64,000 nt of DNA from Cladosporium halotolerans (lineage: Eukaryota), in assembly GCF_011745625.1 (NCBI RefSeq), contig NW_027191455.1:868001-932000 (forward strand). Reading direction: 5' to 3'. The position numbers were made by a program, and so were the translations under genes. This document shows, in pieces, positions 38,416 to 49,821 of the stretch. A model generated the notes under the pieces. It saw nothing but the letters and a program-made list of their open reading frames with translations. It made no database searches and had not been told where the DNA came from. Each line of letters opens with the position of its first letter. The first letter of the stretch is position 1.

Positions 38416-39250
38416 GTCTGCGGCGGGGTGGGAGTGAGAGGGGTGCAAGGAGAGAGAGGGTGAGAGGGAAAAAAGTTAAGGAGTCTGAGAGTGACGCTGA
38501 TTGTTATGGTATAGACAGGCTTGTACAGACGGCCTGGAGGATGGTACTGAGGGTGGTTGGTGAAGAGGAAGAGGATTCGCAGACGAAGAGAAGAGGTATA
38601 AGGCCGGCGCGCCCTTGCCGTCGCCGCCACTCGCGGGCGGTGCTGGTAGAAGGCCCAATTTGCAGGCTGACCGACGTTCTTTCACCATCCGCGAGACTGA
38701 GCACGCGATATTGCCTGCACGGGCCGTCCACGCCAGCTTCTGCTGCAGCACTAGCGCCGCCGGCCCCTGCGGGGAGACGCAGGTGCACTTGCGACTTCGA
38801 CGTCTTGTTCTGCCGCGTCATTGGCTATGCGCACAAATTTCAAACTCAGACGACATCACCGCTGACACAGTGCCGAGTGAAAAAGTTGCGTGCTTCTAAG
38901 GCGCCGTTCGCGTGCGCTGCGGTTTGCTTTGTCCGGCGTGTGGCAAATCTGCGACAGCACACGACGCTGGGTCGGCATCTGGGGGCGGCGCTTGCTAATC
39001 TTCATGCATCCGTGCTGCCTCCGTGCTGCCAAATCCCATCACGTGCCCCCGCGCATGCTCTGCGCGCTGCGGGCCAGCCCACGGCTTGACCACCTCGCCC
39101 CATCCAATTTTCACCCCAATCGCCCTCGGACACCAATCTGCGCCTCCCGATAGGCTGGCACCACGCCGTCCCGCTGCTGCTGCGCTCCTCACACGATTCT
39201 CCCCTCGACACCGTCCCTCGTCAGGCTCGCAGCACACCGCCTAGCCGATC

Positions 39251-40071
39251 ATGGCCCACGTCCAGGACCGCGGTCCACCCTCTGCCGCCGCGATAGCGAT
39301 AGGCACCGCCATCGTCGCCGGCCTCACCGGCTACTTCCTGGGCCAGGCGAGCTCCATTGGACTATTCGGGAAGAGCAGCACGCGAGCCCCTGCCGCTCGT
39401 CTCAGTCGCGGCCATCACAGCCAAGCCAAGCCTGACGAAGCTGAAACAGAGTCTGAGGACGACGACGACGCCGACGACGACGACAGCGACGTGCAGGACC
39501 TGGGCGAGCTGCAGACCTTCCCAGGCAACAGCGAGGAGTGCAAGCTCGTGCTGGTGGTCCGGAGCGATCTTGGCATGACCAAGGGTAGGTTTGCCTGTTC
39601 CTATCTATCTTTTCCGCCTCGGGTAGGGAGTCGTCCAATATCAATTACGTTTTCTGCAATCTTTTCCCCTCTTCCCGAGCCAGCTCTCATGTGGTGCAGC
39701 CGCTGCTCTAATCACACGACCTCTCTGTTCTGCATGTACGTCTCGTGTGCTGACCCTCAACAGGCAAAATCGCTGCGCAGTGCTCCCACGCCACCCTCGC
39801 TTGCTACAAGATGCTCGTCCGCGCCGACCCATCACACCCCGTGCTGAAGCGCTGGGAGCGGCTGGGTCAGGCCAAGGTCGCGCTCAAGATCGACAGCGAG
39901 GAGGACATGCTGATGCTGCAGGCGCAGGCCATCAGCTTGGGCCTCTGCGCGCAGGTCATCCACGACGCCGGCCGCACGCAGATCGCCAGCGGCTCTGCTA
40001 CGGTTCTGGGCATCGGACCCGCTCCGAAGAGCAAAATCAACGAGGTCACCGGGCATCTTAAGCTGCTTTGA
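39251..40071 (+). CDS. PTH2: Peptidyl-tRNA hydrolase 2
   Basis: N-terminal membrane anchor, then KLVLVVRSDLGMTKG|KIAAQCSHA (intron 39585-39763), GQAKVALK, DAGRTQIA and VTGHLKLL. Confidence 0.94.
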
Positions 40072-42756
40072 GGTAATGCCGGTGCGGCTTTAGACGAGCG
40101 CGGTCGTCGATTTGGCAGGGCTGCCAGCAGACGCTCCGCGAAAGCCTGATTGATCCCCGCCCAAGGAGCTGTGTGTCGACAGATAAACTCGCGATAGCGA
40201 AATGCTGCCCAATCGAGTCATGGAGTTCTGAGCGAGACGAGGTCTGGTGACCTCTTCTGGTCACTGATTCGGCTTGAACGGCGATACACCAGGCGCGCGG
40301 TTCTTGGTCCTCGAATCCATGTTCGCCTCAGATACGCCTGACGGGCTACCGTCCGATCGAATCGAATCCGCTGGCAAACACATACTAAAGCCCAGTGTCG
40401 TTCGAGACCTGACCAGGTCCATCCCGATAAGGCATCGAACATCTCCCATACAAACCACTTAGATTACACACGAACGAAACGATTCACTAGCTAGCATATC
40501 AAGCATTTCAAACCGAACATTGAGCAACACATTTCTCAAATGCCCAGTCTCGCATGAGTGTGCACGCATCCTGATTATTCCAATCCAGAACGCCCGTTTT
40601 CACATCCTCCAAGATAGCCGTAGCTCGCAACAACAAGTGACGTTTCCAAGCCCTCAAACCCCAAGCTCCGGCTCGTCATGTATACCCACTCCAGCCGCCC
40701 AATCACCAGTCGACACGGATGAATACAGCCAAGGACGAGATCGTCCGGAGCAGTGGCCGGTCTATTGGCAGCTCGCCGAAAGGGTCAACCCGTTCTTCGC
40801 GGGATCAGCTTACATGCGGGCGAATGTCTTCGGTTCCTCGGCTCACTTCTGTAATATGCTTGGTGGTGAGGACGGGAGCTGATGATGCAGTGGGCTGTCA
40901 TATGGGATCATGCGTCCGGAGGTGAGAGTGCTGCAAGAAAGTTGCGATGCTAGTACCGTCATGCGCGTGCAGGTTGAGGCAATGGACGTCGTTTGCTGTG
41001 TACTGCGAAAGGAAGCAAACCACTACGGACTCACCAGACCTTTGTTGCGCGATCTTCAAGCGCAGTATCTACTTCCAGCGGCGGGGTGCTAGAACGATCG
41101 CCTCGAATGGAGAAGAGCATCCACGTATGTATCAAACAACAGATTACACGGTCCAGAAGACCCCGAATCCCATCCGCAAAGGGAGAACACACATCAGCAG
41201 GCAGGTCCATTCGACGAAACGCCTCCAACGCTCAAAGACTCCGACAAGCACACTACTTTCCCTCACCCACGTGCCCGCCACAACAATCCACCCGTCCACT
41301 TTCCCCCGTCAAGCGTCAAACCCCTCCTCCACATCCCACCCCCCTCCGAACAAAACCTCACCAACCCGCCCCCAACTCAAAGAAGAAGACAAGGCAAGTT
41401 CCAGAACACCCAACCCACGCACGACCCTCGCCCAAAGGCCACGCACGCGAAGACAAAGCGTAGGGTACCGCCCGGCAACTTCCCAGCCAGCACCACCCTC
41501 GTCAAAGCAGCCAACACCAAAAACAAAAAATCGGGTACTTCAATCGCCCGGCCGGCCGGTAACCTTCGCCGAGCTGCGCGGCAGGCTTCTTCCGCCTCGG
41601 CTATCGCTACCACCCTGCAGGGAAGGAAAGGGAAAGGGAAAGGGAAGAAGAAAAAAAAAGTTTCGCGACCTCGGCTGTTCTTCGCTCTCGACGCCCAGAA
41701 ATTTGAATTTTGGAGGGTAATAAGGTAAAGTGGAAAAGTGAAATGTTGGCCGGGGGTGTGGTGGGATTTGCGATCGCGGAGCGAGGAGGGCTGCGCGGTC
41801 GGTGGGGCTTTTCGCACGCGCGCGCGCGTACGTGTATAGAGTGCTTGTTTTTTTTTATTTTGTGAGGTTCTACATGGAAAGCGAAGACGATGGCTGATGG
41901 CTGATGGCTGCGTCGTCACAGACGAGCATGAGTATGAGATTTGAGACGAAAGAAGTTCCGCAAAGCAAACCGCGCGCCCCGCCCCCATCCCCATCCCATC
42001 CCATAGCCGCAAGGCGCAAAGATGAGGGGGGGAAAGAAGCGTCGCGCGCGAGTCGTGCTTGATTGTGTTGCTCTATCTAGAATCGTAACAACGAGAGTAG
42101 TCATCCAAAGCGAAGAACTGAAAAAGATAAAAAATCAATGAATATAAAAGACAATCCCAAATTCCCAAAGTCCTCCGTATATTGCACCGATGAACCCCCC
42201 CTGGTGTTTGTTGGTAGGTGACGCTCCGCCCGGGTATTTTGTGTGATGGTCGTCGTGGCAGTCGTTAATCTCGTGATCAATGCTGCCCCTGGCAAAGACA
42301 GAGCAGCGACAAAAGGCGATAAAGGAGCGGGAACCGAGAGATTTTTTTCGATGGTCCAGTGAACCCGAAGGGAGCGAGCAAGCGGCACAGACGCGCTCTG
42401 CCCCCCGCTGGGAGTTAGGTCTGGACCTCTCAGGGTGTGAGCCTTTGTTGCGGTTTGTTTGCCAGGGGTTGGTTTGAGTCGACGTTGAAGAGAGATTCGT
42501 GAGAAGGAACGATCCAGCGCTGCGCTTTTGTTTTTGTTGCTTTTGTTTTCTTTTTTGGGGTCGTTTCGAGAAAGAGATGGAAAAACGGTGGTTTCAAGCT
42601 GGTTCCGTCCCGGCAAACGACCGGGGGTCTATGCTGGGAGCGGAGACCAGGAGCCTCGAGCTCGCCTGCCACACTTCAGTTGGGTGAAAGTGCGGCGGCG
42701 TCGCAGGAGGAACGAATGGTCCAAAAGAAAAGGACGGGAGCGCGGGGCGGACACGC

Positions 42757-43560
42757 TTAAGCGCGGTGGCCGTGAGCGTGACGGCGGTGGACGTGCTCGG
42801 TGGGAGCAGCCTCGCGGGCGTACACGGTCTCGTACTGGGTGATGGTGACGACGTTGCCGGAGGGCTGGGCGGAGGCGCGGGTCGCGAGCGTGGTGGGCTG
42901 CACGGCAGCCTTGACCTTGGTCCAGCCACCAAGGTTGTTGAGGCTAGCCTCGGTGGAGGTGGAGGTAGCGTAGGAGGCAGGCGCGGAGGTGGCAGAGCCG
43001 CCGCTGAGGGGAGTCCAGGAGACGGTGTTGGCTTGGCTGGCGGCGGCGATAGACTGAGAGGCGGAGGCGTACAGGTCGTCGTTGAACTCCTCACCGGAGC
43101 AGAGGGTGACCATGATGTCGGAGTCGTCAGGGCAGGACTGCATGCCGTAGGCGTCGTCGTTGGCGTAGCGGTAGGCCTGCTGCTTGGGATTGCAGTCGCC
43201 GGACTCGGCGGTGATCTCCCAGTTGCCGTACCAGGGGTTGCCGTCGACCTGGCTCAGGTCGTACCAGATGATGCCGTCCTCGTGAGTGGTGTACTCGTAC
43301 TGGAGGATGTGGTCGAGGGACTCAGTGTCGGAGAGCTTGATGGACCAGCCGTTGTCGTTGGAGAGCGGGGTGTACTGCTGGGAGTAGGTCTCGTTGGGCT
43401 GGAGCCACTTGTCGATCTGCTCGTATCCACCGCCGGAGGCGGGGACGTTGCACATCTTGACCTCGTACTTGCAGGCGTTCCTGACGATGGCCTTGCCCAT
43501 GGCATTGGCGAGAGAGGCGCTGGCCAGGAGGGCCGTGGCGGTGATCATGTTGGCAACCAT
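42757..43560 (-). CDS. Secreted BYS1/thaumatin-like domain protein with Ser/Thr tail
   Basis: Signal peptide. Motifs GKAIVRNAC, GWSIKL, LQYEYT, IWYDLSQVDGNP and IMVTLC, with a His/Arg-rich end (HVHRRHAHGHRA). Confidence 0.8.
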   Translation of the reverse strand: MVANMITATALLASASLANAMGKAIVRNACKYEVKMCNVPASGGGYEQIDKWLQPNETYSQQYTPLSNDNGWSIKLSDTESLDHILQYEYTTHEDGIIWYDLSQVDGNPWYGNWEITAESGDCNPKQQAYRYANDDAYGMQSCPDDSDIMVTLCSGEEFNDDLYASASQSIAAASQANTVSWTPLSGGSATSAPASYATSTSTEASLNNLGGWTKVKAAVQPTTLATRASAQPSGNVVTITQYETVYAREAAPTEHVHRRHAHGHRA

Positions 43561-45229
43561 TTTTGCTGATTGATTGGGATCAAAGGGGTTGGATGAAGTT
43601 GGTTTGCAAGTGTCGTTGCGGCGTTGTCAAATTCAAAGTCCAAGAGAGTGAGGACTTGTTTGTTGGCGGGTGTAGAGAGTGAATGCGAGCAGCAAAAGAG
43701 TGAACTGCACAGCAGCGATGCTTTCCAGAGCAGAGATACGATTGAGAGAGCGTGACGACCAAAACAGAGAACACGCGGGACGACGAGACGGGCGCCCTAC
43801 TTATTGTCTGCACCCTTTGCGACCTCCACAGGACGTACCCTCAGCCGGCCGACACACCTCCAGGAGCGGACCCGCTCTCAGCGACTGAACCTACGTGCTG
43901 TCGTGTGCCTGGCCGCCAGACCGTCCGCGGCTTAGCCCCAGGAACCTGCCGCTCAATCACCGCAGCCTTACACCGGCCGTTGAAAAATCGACCAGGGGGG
44001 CCAGCCAGACGTTCGGCGATGCGAGCGGGTTCCTGGCGCCGTCTGCCGTCAGCGGCCGCGGCGGCGCAGGAACATGCTGCCGGGCGGCTGTGAGTGGCCA
44101 CGCAGGCGGCTGACGGGAATGTTTTTTCTGCAGGGGATCGAGCTCTTCGAACTCTCGGCCCCAACCTCGAGCCTTCTCCGCCGGCACGCCGTTTCGAACG
44201 CCTACCGCTTTTGGGCGGCCACGCACGGCCACGCACGGCCTGCCACGTTGGCAGCGCGCGCGGCCCACCGGTGCGGTAGAGGCTGCATGGCCGGCGCAGA
44301 TTCTGAGAGGGCCGGAGGAGACGCTGGCGCAGCACACCGGGTTTTCCTTCACGCGCCTGGAACGTTTGCGGGCCAAGACGCCCAAGAGCGCGGGCTCCAC
44401 GTGCGAGATGATAGCGCCGGGCGAGGGAGGGTGTCACTGCGAGGTTATTCGACTGCGCGGCGTGCCGTCCGAGGAAGAGTAAGGTAAGTTATGGAGACGC
44501 GCAAGCATGCTGGCGGCAGACAGCAGGCGGGCCGGCGACGTCGACGGCACAGATCGAGCGATTGACGGGTGCCTCAGTGCGCGAGGATCGCCGCGCCCAC
44601 GGAGCAACTTCCAGCAGTTCGGCGCGGCCCCCTGCCTGCCTGTTGGGTCTGCCGCAGGCTTGGACGCGCGCTGATTGGAGCGCATTCGGCACACATGCAA
44701 CAGGTGGCTTTGGCGAGCACATGTGAGAAAAGTGAGAAAAAAGCCCCCCCTGCAGTGCATGAAGCGCAGGGGGCCTCTTTCTCACACTGCATGAAGCGTA
44801 GGGGCGCCATGGGCGACAGCTGCTGCGCGGTGGCTTGGTTGAGCTTTCCACTCGGCAGTCCACGTCGCAGCCGGGTGGCGGTCGCGCAGCCCACACGCAT
44901 CGCGCACCGCGGCCGAAGTGCTCGCATGGTGCAGCGCGTCGCACGACAGATGGGCCGGCAGCCGGCGAGCGGTGGAGCGGGTGCCTCGCGATACGAAGTG
45001 TGTGCCTGCGATCCCGTTGAGGGCGGGCCTGGCAGGCTCAGTCGGGCATACGTAGGCGCGGCTCAGCCCAGAGTCCAGACCTCGCCCTCTGCTTGACTCG
45101 CTCGCTCGCGTGCGGACAATGACGACGTTGTGCTCTAGTGCATGGCGCGCCGTTCGCCGTTGGACATGTGCACGGCGCCGAAAAGTCGACAACGCCCAAG
45201 GGCTCGGCGGGTGTGGTTCGGTTGACGAT

Positions 45230-46750
45230 GCGACGCTGTGACGCCGAAGCAGTCGCGAGCGTTTCCGTCGCACGACGAGCGCCGTCAGATGGGATGTCGA
45301 ATTTGTGTGCGACGAGAAAACTCGGCACAGAACTGTCGATGACAGATGAAGGATCCCCACCCCGTGCGGATCACCGTTGCACGGGAGCTGATCATCGCTG
45401 CTCGATCGGGCAGCCGTCCGCAAGGCATATCCTGAAAGCACACCCTGCTCTCGCGTGTGTTGCAGGGAGCGCCGCCGCAAGAGGTTCTCTCATGGGTAAG
45501 CTTATTTGTGCGACTTTCGAGCTGAGCGCAAATACATTATCGCATTCGTGTTATCGGCCTTGCGCTCGACGGCCCGCGGCGAAGATTGGGTTGACGTGCC
45601 GAGTTTGCCCGCAATAATCAAATGCCCTCCGCGACGGCAGCCCTGTGTACGCTCCCACCAACCTCACCTGTCGTTGCCTCGGTTTCAATGAGACATACAT
45701 GCACGCTAGCGAGTCCAGACCTCTGTCCTGTCGGTCTGCGCTCTGCGTTGTGTGGGCTGTGTTCTTGGGCGCCGCCTTGCGCCCGACGACCACTAGGATC
45801 ATTCCCTTTGGCGGGGCCACGGTCGGCGCAAACAACGCATAGGAACGTCAATAGTCTCCTGCGAAATTGCGAAGGTCTGTGGGAGCGAAGAAGGTATTTC
45901 GAATCATCAGTATTCGTTCAGACGGTGTGAGTCACGACGCACGACGGCCTTTCACCGCAATGCTGCCGTCTCCCTCAGACATGACGATCTGGTGTTCGTC
46001 GTGCTCGACGAGTGCCTCAGTCGGTAATTGTTACCCTCGATTCGTTGATTGGTCTCAATTTGTGTCTGGCCGTCATGTCTTGTAAAAATGGCGCCTATTG
46101 TTTCGTTCGTGTAGCATGTCGCTCAACGATTCCACACGGCGTCCCGTGATCGAACTCAAAGAAACGATCGTTTCAATCGTCGTGTTGACCAAACAACCAT
46201 TCGGAGGGTGAATCCTGTGCCAACGCCAGTCGATGAAAATGGAATTTCCATGATGTTTGAATATGACTTCGTCTTGTGTGCGATTTTTTTGGTTGGCATT
46301 GTTTGTGGCATTCACCTGAGTGGTCAACATCCATGTTTCGAATTGCTTGACTAGTGACAACCCCCGATCCACCTTTCAAAAGCTGTCCTCGTCTCCTACC
46401 TATTGCATACATAACACGCCAACCAAGGGTTGTCGAAAGCCATCGTGACCTTAAATTTATAGTCACCACAGGGACGAAAGGGGCAGTAAAAAGACCTTCA
46501 AAACGAAGCGCTTTCACTGGGCGGAAATCGCGCCGGGGTTGTCAGGGTTAGGATTGGGGTAGCACACCTCGCGCATCGACTCCCACAAATCGCTACCTAT
46601 CGTTACACAATCAAAACCCGATCGTTTCCAACACGATACGTACAAAACAGCGCAGAGACAATCCGGTAGAACAGAACAGGCAACTCCGAACCGCCAGCCC
46701 CGTCTGCGCCGCAGGGTCTTCCATTCATCGCGGAGCCGAACAGCACATGT
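45230..46750 (-). ncRNA. Candidate long structured ncRNA, possibly telomerase RNA (ends uncertain)
   Basis: No credible ORF. At least ten 7-11 bp inverted-repeat helices, several nested. G-U-compatible extensions favour the minus strand. CCTAACCCT(GA) at 46552-46544 lies directly 3' of a hairpin. Confidence 0.45.
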
Positions 46751-47679
46751 CAACGTGACGAGCCACGAACTCATCTGACCTCGCCTCTCATCCACCCACA
46801 ACTCATCCCAGCCACTCCGAATACCGATAGCCCTACAGCAGCACGCCCACCTGATGTCAACTTTACGCCGCCATAATCCCTGCCCTCGCTCGCATCACCC
46901 TTCAGTCATCTGACCCAACCCGCCAAACCCCGCCAAGCAGTCGCAGTCGCAGTCGCAGTCGCCCGCGCGGCTTGCCCGCCCGACTCCCCAAGCGACGCCA
47001 GAAGCAAGAAACCCATGCCATGCCATGCCATGCCCTGTCCTACCCAGTGCTATCATCCCGATAGCAACGAATCCCTAGCACCCGGTACAGTACATACAGT
47101 AAGACGCGCCAGCTCCCCCAGCGCGCCGGCCGGATTCCTCTTCCCCCGCATTTCCCCATGCCAGACCAAAAGCAAATCCCACGAGGAGCCCGCAAACCTT
47201 CCCTTCCCTTCCCTTTTCCCTTCCCTTGGCTCACCCCCGCTTCGCGAACCAGTCCTGTCCCTGCTACGCCGCGATCCTTCGACTTCCGTTCCGCGTGGCA
47301 GGGCAGGGTCAGCTCGCATGACCTGTTGTAGACATCCGGCCCAGAAGACGGGCGAGGCGAGGCCGGGAGGCGCGGGAGGGCAGGGCGTTGCGGCCGTGAA
47401 AGGTTCGGGGATTGGGGGAGGGAGTGAGGGGTATTGCGGCGTAAGAGGTAGGTAGGTAGATAGGTACCTGGCCGGCGGACGGGCTATTTATGAGGGAGTG
47501 AGGGGACGAGGAGGGGAATGAGGGTGGTTTCGTTTCCTTTGTCTAGTTACTTTGTCGTTGGTCCTCTATCTTTGCTGTGAGATTGTGCCTGTGCTGGGAC
47601 ATTGATGTTGTGATATTTACGCTTGAGCGGAGCTTCCTATCAATCAGAGAATACGCGAGCCACGGCGAAACGAACAGCT

Positions 47680-48996
47680 ATGGCTTCGGAGAAGATGATG
47701 AACGCCGTGCGCTTCCACGGCCGCGAGGACCTGCGCTTCGAGCGCGTGCCGGAGCCCGAGTGTGGGAAGGGCCAGGTCAAGGTCCGGCCTGCGTGGTGCG
47801 GGATTTGTGGAAGGGTAAGCTCGGCGCCTTTGGGTTGAGATGACAGTGTGTCAGAAACTAATCTAAGCACGCAGTTGGTCTAGAGCCCTGGTACAGATGA
47901 AACGACGCAACATGCTAACTCCCCTCCGGCGACCTGCACGAGTTCCTAGGCGGACCTTCGCTCTGTCCGACCACGCCGCACCCGGTTACGGGAGAGACTA
48001 TTCCGTTGACGTTCGGACATGAGTTCAGCGGTACGATTGAGGAGGTGGGCGAGGGCGTGTCGGAGAGCGTTGCGGTTGGAGACAGGGTGTGCGTACAGCC
48101 GATCATATACGATGGGACGTGCGGATCTTGCGAGGAGGGACTGATCAACTGCTGTGATAACAATGGATTTGTGGGGTTGAGTGGTAAGTGATGTCGTGTG
48201 CGACAGACTGAGCTTTGCTGACACTGGGTAGGCTGGGGCGGAGGGCTTTCTGAGAAGGTCGTCGTGCCGGAGTATTGCATTGTCAAGATCCCAGACAACG
48301 TGCCTCTGGACGTTGCAGGTGAGCTCTTCGACATAACCCATCACTTACCTAGTCGACTCTAACCTGACTCCTTCAGCGCTCGTCGAACCGCTCTCAGTCG
48401 GCTGGCACGCAGTCAGCATCTCCCCCTTCCAGGTCGGCGACTCAGCACTTGTTCTAGGAGGCGGCCCCATCGGCCTCTCTGTCATCCAAGCGCTCAAGGC
48501 GCGCGGCTGCGACAAGATCATCGTGTCCGAGGTATCATCCATGCGCAAGCAGTACGCGGCAGACTTCGGCGCACACCACGTGCTGGACCCGACGAAAGAC
48601 GATATCGTAGCCAAGTGCCGCGAGCTGTGTGACGGCAAAGGCGCACACGTCTGCTTCGACGCCGCGGGCGTGCAGGCTGCTCTCGACCAGGCCGTCAAAG
48701 CCGTGCGAGCTCGCGGCACGGTCGTGAACATCGCGATCTGGGAGAAGCCGTTCACGCTCCAGCCAAACGACATGATCTTCCGCGAGCGCAAGTGGGTGGC
48801 TACTGCAACGTACCAGAAGGGCGACTTTCAGGAGGTGCTGGCTGCCATCTCCTCGGGCGGCATGGAGAATGTGGAGAACATGATCACCAAGAAGATCGGC
48901 CTTGACGAGGTCGTCGAGCAGGGATTCAGGGCGCTGGTCAAGGACAAGGACAGGCAGGTCAAGATCCTGGTGCGCGCAGGGTCTGGAGAGACGTGA
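47680..48996 (+). CDS. Zinc-dependent MDR dehydrogenase, (2R,3R)-butanediol dehydrogenase-like
   Basis: Motifs WCGICG(S)DLHEF, GHEFSG, ALVEPLSVGWHAV, GGGPIG, FDAAG and VKILV. Complex first intron 47814-47929; further introns 48184-48231 and 48319-48376. Confidence 0.88.
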
Positions 48997-49821
48997 GGGT
49001 GTTTGGCCCCAAGGATGCTAGTGTAGCTACTGCGACTTTCGATGGGTAGGCAGGCACGTGTATGCCATTACGGATCAGAAGAACAGAGCAGATCTGGTGG
49101 CCGTGTCCACGATTAAGATGTCTTCCATGAGGCCGATTCGAGCTATTGTCTAACAGAGTTGGCGCGATGATGTCGATGTAAACACGCGAATGCACAGAGA
49201 GGAAGGTGGTGATGGCACTGTACCAGTGGGCTCTGGGTTGCTACAAAGTCAATTGTCCAAGTTTCGTGGGGCCTAGCCAAAACGAGCCGTGCGGTTTCGT
49301 CGTCATCGCGGTGCGTATACCAGGCAGGGGGCGATCACGGGCACGCAGGCGGCTATCGGGTCGCCCAAAAGGTGCAACGCTTCTCGCGATAGACGCGCTC
49401 GATGGGGGTGTGGCTGAGGCCGTCACAACCTTGCGCCGTCTACGTACCGCATAGCGCGTTGGGTGAAATGAGGATTCTCGGCGGCGCAGGCGTGCGGGAG
49501 AAGTCTGGCAGTGGTGGCAGTGGCCGTGCTGTGCTGGCCGTGGCCGTGACTGGCGCTCCGCCTTGTTCGCCCAGTCCCTGGCCCGCCTGGCGCGAGCGAC
49601 GTCATCGGTCTGTGACCCAAAAGGCCTGCTGCGCAAGCGCACGCTCGCACGCGCCTCGTTATTAAACTGCGCCGTTTCACCCCAACAGCCTTGCAACACC
49701 CGCATCCTGCACTTACTCTCGTCGACCTGCGAAAAAGGTCCCATACATTGGTTTTGACCTCACCTCCTGCGACAGCACTCTTGCCACACGCCACGCACAC
49801 CCTTACACTACACCTTCCACC

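Noticed and set aside
36439..38463. 674-aa plus-strand ORF
   Set aside because: Antisense shadow of the strongly codon-biased choline sulfatase gene. The same applies to 27324-28712, 17936-18688, 42766-43569 and 49832-50791.
40520..41720. Short plus-strand ORFs downstream of PTH2
   Set aside because: Non-ATG or weak starts, no recognisable domain and no codon bias.
43799..43804. ATAAGT on the minus strand as the AUAAGU 3'-cleavage site of the candidate telomerase RNA
   Set aside because: It is ~2.75 kb from the template motif and at the expected TATA position (~240 bp) of the BYS1-like gene. ATAAGC near 45500 is also unsupported because it has no nearby branch site.
46355..46544. MITE with TGACAACCCC terminal inverted repeats
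   Set aside because: No target-site duplication and no second copy in the window. It is one of many helices in a larger structured block.
41620..47230. GGGAA tract (41620-41650) complementary to TTCCC tract (47198-47227)
   Set aside because: Low-complexity purine/pyrimidine runs; complementarity is expected by chance.
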